Positions 36,547 through 42,288 of a stretch of DNA of 42,288 nucleotides are shown here, in pieces. The stretch lies in the IMG/VR virus record IMGVR_UViG_3300017560_000006, positions 1 to 42,288 of that record, one strand, 5' to 3'. The position numbers were made by a program, and so were the translations under genes. Numbering within the stretch: position 1 is the first letter of the stretch; each line of letters begins with the position of its first letter. This stretch comes from a virus. Taxonomy: Duplodnaviria > Caudoviricetes. Below the pieces are notes generated by a model that saw only the letters and a program-made list of their open reading frames with translations, had not been told where the DNA came from and ran no database searches.

Positions 36547-37768
36547 GCACAGCCCGCCTTAATGCTTGTGCGCCCCGCTGGAAGTCAGCGATAACGCGTT
36601 GTCGTTTCTCGTGCTCACGTTGCAGGGCCAAGGCCATACGGCGTGGTACTTGTACGTGTTGAACAGCTGGTATTTCGTTGTCCCATGCACGGCGGAAGTC
36701 TAGCTTGTGAATAGGCTCCCGCATCAGTGCCACTTCCATTACTGCCCTGCCTTCCCAGTTGAAGCGGTTGGCTAGGTCCAGTATCTCCATCTGCTCCTTG
36801 CCCTTGAGGCTATGCTCATACACCCATGCTGCTAGCTCACGCGGTGATGCTACCTCAGAAGGGACGAAGGCCCCACCGTGCAACTTGGGAAACTGTCCGT
36901 CATCCCAAACTTGGAATCGGAACTTGTCACCCAGCTTCGGAAGCTGCTGCCTGTTTGGGTTGCCCAGCGCAATGCGATTCTCTACCACATTGAAGTCCCC
37001 GAACTCTATCTCATGCAGTCCGGGTGGCAGAGCCACTGGTCGAGCCTGTCGCGGAGCCTCAAGAGCCAGCTTGAGTTGGACTTGGTGGACTTGGCGACGA
37101 AAGGGTCGGCCAGTAATCGACGTAATCAGGGTGGCATTATCGCCTTGGTGGATAGGGTCAGTCACGACCAGCTGCCCGTTTCGCTTGTCAATCATGACAT
37201 TACCAGCGTGGATATCCCACTGGCATTTACCGCCGAAGAACTCAGCAGCACGGAGCAGTGTTGTAAGGAACTCTGTTTGTTCTGGGTTCCAAGGTTCGTA
37301 CTCGTTCGTACGTTGGTTCCACTGAGCTAAAGCGCCTGGCTTGTAACCGTAGCCGAGCACACGTTCTACTGTCACCCAGTCTGCAAGCTGCTCAGGTGTG
37401 AACTGTGAGTTATCATACCCAAGTTCCTGAGCGGATGTGTACTCCGGCATCATGACCATGAACACAGCGTTGTCCATGCTGAACGTTGGGAACTCGTACT
37501 CAGGCAGGCCAACTGCGGGGTTGGCTGCACAGTAGTACGCCCATGCTGGATAGCTGTCACCGTCTACCCGACCGCACACCTTCACCACGTAACCGGGTAG
37601 ATCACTGTGTGCCCAAGCGGAACCGTAGTTGCCAGCACCCAGCTCGCGCCAACGTGCGGCTGCCAGATTCTTGCGAGTCATGTGGTAGAGGGAACGTCCG
37701 TCCTCGTAAGCAATGCACGAGACAGCCTTATCCATTACAGCCATGCGTTGCAGCTTTGTGTATTCCAT
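36533..37768 (-). CDS. Ser/Thr protein kinase, T7 gp0.7-like
   Basis: LGAGNYGSAWAH Gly loop, VVKV, DIHAGNVM catalytic loop, VTDP; compare T7 0.7 LGNGHFSAAYSH, VIKV, DMHSGNIM, ITDP. Confidence 0.88.
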   Translation of the reverse strand: MEYTKLQRMAVMDKAVSCIAYEDGRSLYHMTRKNLAAARWRELGAGNYGSAWAHSDLPGYVVKVCGRVDGDSYPAWAYYCAANPAVGLPEYEFPTFSMDNAVFMVMMPEYTSAQELGYDNSQFTPEQLADWVTVERVLGYGYKPGALAQWNQRTNEYEPWNPEQTEFLTTLLRAAEFFGGKCQWDIHAGNVMIDKRNGQLVVTDPIHQGDNATLITSITGRPFRRQVHQVQLKLALEAPRQARPVALPPGLHEIEFGDFNVVENRIALGNPNRQQLPKLGDKFRFQVWDDGQFPKLHGGAFVPSEVASPRELAAWVYEHSLKGKEQMEILDLANRFNWEGRAVMEVALMREPIHKLDFRRAWDNEIPAVQHVQVPRRMALALQREHEKRQRVIADFQRGAQALRRAVHDPR

Positions 37769-37857
37769 GATCGTCTCCAAGATGGCCGCCCTACCTCTAG
37801 CGGTCGCGGCCAAGATGCCAGATGATTACCAGCGCGATGATGTTGATGGCTAGGATA

Positions 37858-38256
37858 CTACTTACCAGCCACATAGTACTTGCCGCCGAAGCGTGACCAG
37901 CCTGCGTGTTTCTGTGCTACCACCTCTGGAACTTCTTTGAAGACACCAAGGTATTCAGGCATTACACCTGCGGTCAGCCAGTTACCGTAGTCGTTCTCGG
38001 CAGTGGCCAGCCATGCGTTGTACTGGTTGTCCAGATGCAGGACGCAGCGCTGGCCGTCCTCCTTGAGGAACGCCTTAACCTTGTCGGTGAACAATTCCTG
38101 CGGGATTGCCCAGCACTGCTCGCGCTTACCCTCGAAGCAGCCGGTGCCGCCGGTAACGTGCTTGAAAGGCAGACCCAGCTCGTTGACGAGGTAGGTCAGT
38201 GCGTCTGGACGGTTAACGGAAAAGATAACTGCCGGTGTTTTGCCATTGCTGTTCAT
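37858..38256 (-). CDS. S-adenosylmethionine lyase (T3 gp0.3 SAMase-like)
   Basis: IFSVNR, GCFEGKRE, QRCVL, LGVFKEVP, GWS...YY parallel T3 SAMase VSAFR, GCYRE, QDCVL, GSFQEVP. Confidence 0.78.
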   Translation of the reverse strand: MNSNGKTPAVIFSVNRPDALTYLVNELGLPFKHVTGGTGCFEGKREQCWAIPQELFTDKVKAFLKEDGQRCVLHLDNQYNAWLATAENDYGNWLTAGVMPEYLGVFKEVPEVVAQKHAGWSRFGGKYYVAGK

Positions 38257-38332
38257 TGCGGATTCCCTCCTAGCGGGATAGTGAGCAACCAGCGAACGGC
38301 ACTCCTCGAATGCCGTTGACTTGTGGCTCGGA

Positions 38333-38500
38333 TCAGAACTTCCAGACCCATACCATATTGGATGCGGCGCCTACCAACACGTTGTACGGATACGGCACAA
38401 CGTAGGCAGCCAACAGTGCAGCGCTCAAGCCGATCTTAGCCGCGACGAGATGTTCGATGCGGAACCAGCTGATTTTGCGGAACAGAGGAGGTCGGTGCAT
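38333..38500 (-). CDS. 55-aa early membrane protein (not in the ORF track)
   Basis: MHRPPLFRKISWFRIEHLVAAKIGLSAALLAAYVVPYPYNVLVGAASNMVWVWKF; GGGGAG SD. Confidence 0.6.
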   Translation of the reverse strand: MHRPPLFRKISWFRIEHLVAAKIGLSAALLAAYVVPYPYNVLVGAASNMVWVWKF

Positions 38501-38502
38501 GA

Positions 38503-38688
38503 TTAGTGCTCCCCACCTGCCAGCATTCCAAGAACCACGAAGACAACGACAAGGCCCGCTGCACCAGCATGCAAGCCATGGCCTTCAATGAAGGTGGCTC
38601 CCAAGTAAGTGCAGTGGGCCACCGTCTCGCCCTTGTGTGTCCAGTGCCAAGCAACGGCACGGTGCCAGAGTTGTGTGAGTTTATTCAT
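38503..38688 (-). CDS. 61-aa early membrane protein
   Basis: His-rich N-terminus, EGHG, C-terminal TM helix. Confidence 0.65.
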   Translation of the reverse strand: MNKLTQLWHRAVAWHWTHKGETVAHCTYLGATFIEGHGLHAGAAGLVVVFVVLGMLAGGEH

Positions 38689-38842
38689 CCTTCGGTGCTC
38701 CTAGTAGCCGATGATGTTTGCAGCGGTATTCAATGCGCTTTAGCTGTGCGAAGTACGGCACGCAGCTCAGCCAGCTATCACGCATTGCGTCGGTTTTGTG
38801 GTGCTCCCGGTACTTGACAGGCAGCACTACGATGTTGCTCAC
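38681..38842 (-). CDS. 53-aa early hypothetical protein
   Basis: GTGA overlap with the upstream stop; fills the gap exactly. Confidence 0.45.
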   Translation of the reverse strand: MSNIVVLPVKYREHHKTDAMRDSWLSCVPYFAQLKRIEYRCKHHRLLGAPKDE

Positions 38843-39045
38843 AGTGATTGCACGACTCGCCGGAAAGCTTCCCGCGAATCATGCCCTGCCTGTGATACTG
38901 TAACCCGGACTATCACCTTTCCTTCCCGTGCGGACTGATGGCACTCAAAGCTGGTGCCGGGCAGTTCTTTCACGAGTCGGCGGTATAGTGTTGGTAGGCT
39001 GCTGATGTCTATAACCAACGGACCACTTTGCAGTATGCCACTCAT
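38839..39045 (-). CDS. Early hypothetical protein
   Basis: GGAGG SD before ATG 39045. Confidence 0.6.
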   Translation of the reverse strand: MSGILQSGPLVIDISSLPTLYRRLVKELPGTSFECHQSAREGKVIVRVTVSQAGHDSREAFRRVVQSL

Positions 39046-39111
39046 TTGCAGTCCCTCCACACAAGGAACAGGAAACCGACTAGACCTGCCAGCACAGCCA
39101 GCAGGCAAAGA

Positions 39112-39321
39112 TCAAGCGCGTTCAAGGCACACCTCGTCAATCCAGTCGGTGTTGACGTACCCGCCGTAGTTGCCGAACTCGACAGCATACGACGTGCCTT
39201 GACCCGGCAGCCTTGCGACATCGCGGATGATGCCGACGCGGCCAAGGTTGTATTTCTCGGGGCGCATGACGCCAATGCGAGTGACGTTCATTGCCCGCAC
39301 CTCTTCACCCAGTGTGAACAT
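39112..39321 (-). CDS. Early hypothetical protein, SH3/KOW-like
   Basis: MFTLGEEVR...GRVGIIRDV...YAVEF; GGAG SD. Confidence 0.6.
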   Translation of the reverse strand: MFTLGEEVRAMNVTRIGVMRPEKYNLGRVGIIRDVARLPGQGTSYAVEFGNYGGYVNTDWIDEVCLERA

Positions 39322-39667
39322 GGCTCCACTCCCCGTTAGGCACAAGGTACAGGTCCATGTGCGGATTCATGACTCGCTCCCCTTGGAAGAGGAATAGTTC
39401 CCGCGCTTCGTGCTCCAGCGATGTCATGATCGCCTTGAACGCAGTTTGCACCACTTCACCAGTGGTAGCGTCAAACTCCAGCGGCCAAGCACGTCCACGC
39501 CAAGGCGAAGGCAGGCCGGTGTCGTTATCGACTCCATTGTCACAGTGCACACGCAGGCAGAGACCATGGTCCCGAACCTCGACACGCACAGACAGATTAG
39601 GGAAGGCGATGCGGCTAACCGTATCCACGATACGGCGCAGGTTGCACGACTTGCTATTCTGATCCAT
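39305..39667 (-). CDS. Early hypothetical protein
   Basis: 120 aa; GRAW, EVVQTAFKA, EHEARE, NPH motifs typical of a phage family of unknown function. Confidence 0.7.
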   Translation of the reverse strand: MDQNSKSCNLRRIVDTVSRIAFPNLSVRVEVRDHGLCLRVHCDNGVDNDTGLPSPWRGRAWPLEFDATTGEVVQTAFKAIMTSLEHEARELFLFQGERVMNPHMDLYLVPNGEWSHVHTG

Positions 39668-39731
39668 TTGCTTCTACTCGGTTGTGTGTTCAAGTATGCC
39701 AGCACGGAGATACTGGCATAGTTCAGCACAC

Positions 39732-39961
39732 TTAACCCTTGACAGGCAGGAAGATACAGCGGCAGGCGGCGTGGTTCACCAACCACACGCGCTCTGCCTG
39801 TCCTCGTGCCGCGCAGTCATTACACAGCATGAACAACCAGTTCATACGAATCGCACAACGTTGTAGGGCGCACCATCCGCCTCAAAGAACGTGGTAGCGA
39901 TGCCAATGCTACCGGGACGCCAAGCGCCCCGTTTGCAAAGGACTTGGACTTGGCGAGTCAC
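39732..39961 (-). CDS. Two coupled micro-ORFs: 39842-39961 (39 aa) and 39732-39845 (37 aa, CxxC plus HxxCxC)
   Basis: GTGA and ATGA overlaps chain them to the first gene. Confidence 0.4.
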
Positions 39962-40506
39962 GCTACACCTTCAAGCGGATCGGCGTCTGCGGCAGACAGA
40001 TCAGCGGTGTTGGCGGCAGGCAGTTCTTTCACGACCAGCGGCTTGGCGTCAGCGGCCAGCTTGCGCACAGCGATCAGATCGTCGCTGTCAATCCCGTTGC
40101 GCTCGTCTTTGCTGGCCTTCTCGGCACGAGCCACCAGCTTGGACAGCTCGGCTTGCAGGTCGAACGGCTTGAATGCTGGTTCTGGTTTGAACTCCCAGAA
40201 CGGAGTGGCCTCGGCCTTCTCCAGATCGGTCTTGCCATGCTTGGCGAAATCAACCGACTTGCCGTCCTCGGATGGAGCGAACTTGCCGAAAGCGATGGCC
40301 CAAGCGATCAGGGCATTGCGACGAGCAAAGCCCGGCAGTACGTCGATCAGGCGTTGCATGCCAGTCACGTCACCGTGTTGGTCGGCATGATACAGGGCAC
40401 TAACAGCGGCCTGATGCACCTGTTGCTCCAGCTTAGCACCGCTGGACTTGATAGTGTCCAACAGAGCATTGAACTTGGATTTGTCCTGCAGGATGGTAGT
40501 TTTCAT
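39958..40506 (-). CDS. First early gene; conserved Autographiviridae protein of unknown function
   Basis: GGAG SD; HADQHGDVT...LP...RRNALIAW...PFWEF. Confidence 0.8.
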   Translation of the reverse strand: MKTTILQDKSKFNALLDTIKSSGAKLEQQVHQAAVSALYHADQHGDVTGMQRLIDVLPGFARRNALIAWAIAFGKFAPSEDGKSVDFAKHGKTDLEKAEATPFWEFKPEPAFKPFDLQAELSKLVARAEKASKDERNGIDSDDLIAVRKLAADAKPLVVKELPAANTADLSAADADPLEGVA

Positions 40507-40832
40507 GATCGTTCTCCAGATAGTTTGAGTCAAGGCGTCTGTATACAGATCAACCTTGCCGAAGCTATCTAGCTTCTCACCTCACATGAGGACAAGCGGA
40601 CTATCTCTAGCCAACCTGATCGACGTTCGGGCCGTCGTTTCTCCGGTAGCACAAGGCTAGACGGACAGATGTTTATTCTGCTCTTCCCAGAGCCTCGCTG
40701 CTATACGCTGCTAGCGATTGCGTCACGAGTGTATTAGCGCACCTAACTTAGCTTACCGCCATGCTGCGCACTGCGCCTTACACATGGAAGCTCACAATTC
40801 TGGTGAACCACCCGACACTACGGGCTTGACAC

Positions 40833-40841
40833 TAAAGAGCG
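40833..40841 (-). promoter_or_regulatory. boxA antitermination element
   Basis: CGCTCTTTA about 20 nt downstream of the predicted start of the last sigma70 promoter. Confidence 0.6.
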
Positions 40842-40865
40842 GTGAATCTGTATTGCTTGGTAGTC

Positions 40866-40894
40866 ACTGTAGCTTACTGCGGTGTCACTGTCAA
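40866..40894 (-). promoter_or_regulatory. Host sigma70 early promoter
   Basis: TTGACA-17 bp-TACAGT. Confidence 0.75.
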
Positions 40895-41032
40895 ACTATT
40901 TGTTCCTGCTAGTTCGGCTTGCTTAGCTGGTAGGCGTGTACCGTTGCCCACCTCACCTAGACCCATAGTCTAGTACCAGCTTCACTTACCGCAGATAGAT
41001 ACCGAAGTACCTGTCTGTCTAGCTTGGATGTC

Positions 41033-41061
41033 ACTCTAGGCTAAGTCTCTAGCCTTGTCAA
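41033..41061 (-). promoter_or_regulatory. Host sigma70 early promoter
   Basis: TTGACA-17 bp-TAGAGT. Confidence 0.78.
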
Positions 41062-41295
41062 GCATCGGTAGCCATGATTGCATCGCCGCTATCTGCTACC
41101 TGTCGGTTGCGTTCCGACTATCCAGTTACTCCACCTAACTGGCAAGTGACCTGTAGACGCCGTGTCTAGCTCTAGCTTGCTGTCATTTCATGCCTACAGG
41201 CTATGACATCAGAGGCTAACTTGTATTACCTACCACAGTAGCTAGTGGTAGCTGGTAGCTAGTGGATGTCTAGTCCGTTTGCTTCCATGGATGTC

Positions 41296-41324
41296 ACTCT
41301 AGGCTACTGGTCTCTGTCTGTCCA
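41296..41324 (-). promoter_or_regulatory. Host sigma70 early promoter
   Basis: TGGACA-17 bp-TAGAGT; 19-bp block 41288-41306 is identical to 41025-41043. Confidence 0.7.
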
Positions 41325-41538
41325 GTGGTATCCACTACCATTCGTCGGCTGTCTTGTCTCTGGTGTTCTCGGCTGGTATCCGTAGGTAGTCTGTCTGTAG
41401 CTGGTGAGTAGCTCTGTGTGGCTGTAGTCTAGCTGGTCTGTAGTGTCCAAGGGCTCTGTCTGTAGTCTGTCTGGCAGCTAGTACTCTGGTACTGTGTAGA
41501 TAGATACGACCATGACCACTCGTCCCTAATGTTTCCTT

Positions 41539-41557
41539 GTCCATATACTAGGCCAAT
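41539..41557 (-). promoter_or_regulatory. Phage RNAP promoter near the genome end (phiOL/phiOR analogue)
   Basis: ATTGGCCTAGTATATGGAC; the following AAGGAAAC also matches the capsid promoter. Confidence 0.8.
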
Positions 41558-41599
41558 GCTCAAGGCATAACAGACTTGGCCGTTATAACGAGACAGATA

Positions 41600-41825
41600 G
41601 GCCCTGCGCCCGCCCGTATCGCCCCGCCAGCCCCGGCCTACCCTCGCCCATGGCCCCAGCAGCCCCGCACAGCCCCGTACACGCGAGCAATACGCGCACG
41701 CACACGTACCCACAGGCACGCCCGCACCCACGCCCACACGCGCACACAGGCGGCCACGCGCACACAGGCCCGTACACGCGGCCACACGCACACACGCCCA
41801 CAGGCACTCGCGCAGACGCGCATGG
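41600..41825. repeat. Low-complexity C/A-rich short-repeat array near the probable physical genome end
   Basis: Recurrent CACACG, CACAGGC, CACGCG, AGCCCC; CACGCGCACACAGGC occurs twice. Confidence 0.7.
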
Positions 41826-41897
41826 GGGCGTCCCGTGGCATTTGGTCGGAGGGGACCTGACGAAGATGCGACCCAAAATTGGGCCGCTCTCCATACA

Positions 41898-42288
41898 TCA
41901 GGCCGGGATGGTGTCCAGTTCTGTGTACTCGATGGTGTAGATCGCGGCGGTTGTGCCGGTGACGGTCAGGGCGATGCTGTACGTCCCGGCAGGGAGAAGA
42001 CGGGGCGAGACCACCGTGCTAACGATGCCCACACCGGCCCCGGAGCCTGCTCTCAGGCGTTCTCGCTCCGTACCCGCTGTGATAGTACCGCCTTCCTCAA
42101 TCGTCGTTGTAGGCGTCGGTGCGGGGCTTACAACGCCGTTCACCGGGAACTTGGTTGGGAGGGCCGTCCACGTACCGCCGAGGGTCGAGCCGACCGTGAT
42201 GACAGCGGTGGCAGCACCGGCGTCACAGTACATGGACTGGAAGGTTAGGAGGAAGGGCTTGGTTGCCACCACGCGGAGCTGGGTGTTA
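41898..42288 (-). CDS. 3' part of the last late gene (starts at 257)
   Basis: Open frame continuous across the circular junction. Confidence 0.75.
   Translation of the reverse strand, partial: NTQLRVVATKPFLLTFQSMYCDAGAATAVITVGSTLGGTWTALPTKFPVNGVVSPAPTPTTTIEEGGTITAGTERERLRAGSGAGVGIVSTVVSPRLLPAGTYSIALTVTGTTAAIYTIEYTELDTIPA

Noticed and set aside
720-40572. Many long plus-strand ORFs (e.g. 4269-5756, 7541-9229, 29145-30746)
   Set aside because: Antisense shadows of GC-rich minus-strand genes; no recognisable motifs, and all promoters point along the minus strand
40590-40800. Group I intron-like elements (GAGATAGTCC resembling the S element)
   Set aside because: No matching R element (GACUA) and no interrupted gene
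41600-41825. CRISPR or mini-array
   Set aside because: Degenerate 6-15 bp units with no constant repeat and no regularly sized spacers
41335-41940. ORFs called in the terminal repeat-rich region
   Set aside because: Low-complexity translations of repeat DNA (RV/CA/HT runs) without convincing SD or domains
42166-42288. End duplication as the phage direct terminal repeat
   Set aside because: Lies inside a coding sequence, away from the end-type non-coding region; typical assembler overlap
1-42288. tRNA, rRNA, integrase, repressor or transposase
   Set aside because: None recognisable by eye, consistent with a strictly lytic phage; a tRNAscan-SE or ARAGORN run would confirm for tRNA

Overview
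The window is an apparently complete, circularly assembled genome of a lytic T7-superfamily podovirus (Autographiviridae). Bases 1-123 repeat exactly at 42166-42288, so the unique length is 42165 bp. All real genes are on the minus strand and the layout is phiKMV-type: early genes, DNA metabolism with separate primase and helicase, single-subunit RNA polymerase at the end of the replication block, then portal, scaffold, capsid, tail, internal virion proteins, tail fibre, holin, terminases, SAR endolysin and spanins. The tail-fibre tip suggests a Pseudomonas-like host (inference). I can read six copies of a phage promoter (A[A/T]TGGCCTA[C/G]TATATGG[A/T]C), three sigma70 promoters, a boxA, terminators and RNase III-like stems. 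The most notable accessory signals are: a T3-type SAM lyase next to a T7 gp0.7-type kinase; a lysyl-hydroxylase-like 2OG-Fe(II) oxygenase, a 3-His cupin and a dATP/dGTP diphosphohydrolase in the replication module; an HEXXH zincin domain inside the large ejected protein; a C-terminal acidic 'DPL-xxxx-stop' motif shared by three unrelated proteins, one copy on a helicase tail overprinted on the DNA polymerase gene; and a heavily structured ~350-nt early leader RNA. All family calls come from motif recognition by eye, not from database searches.
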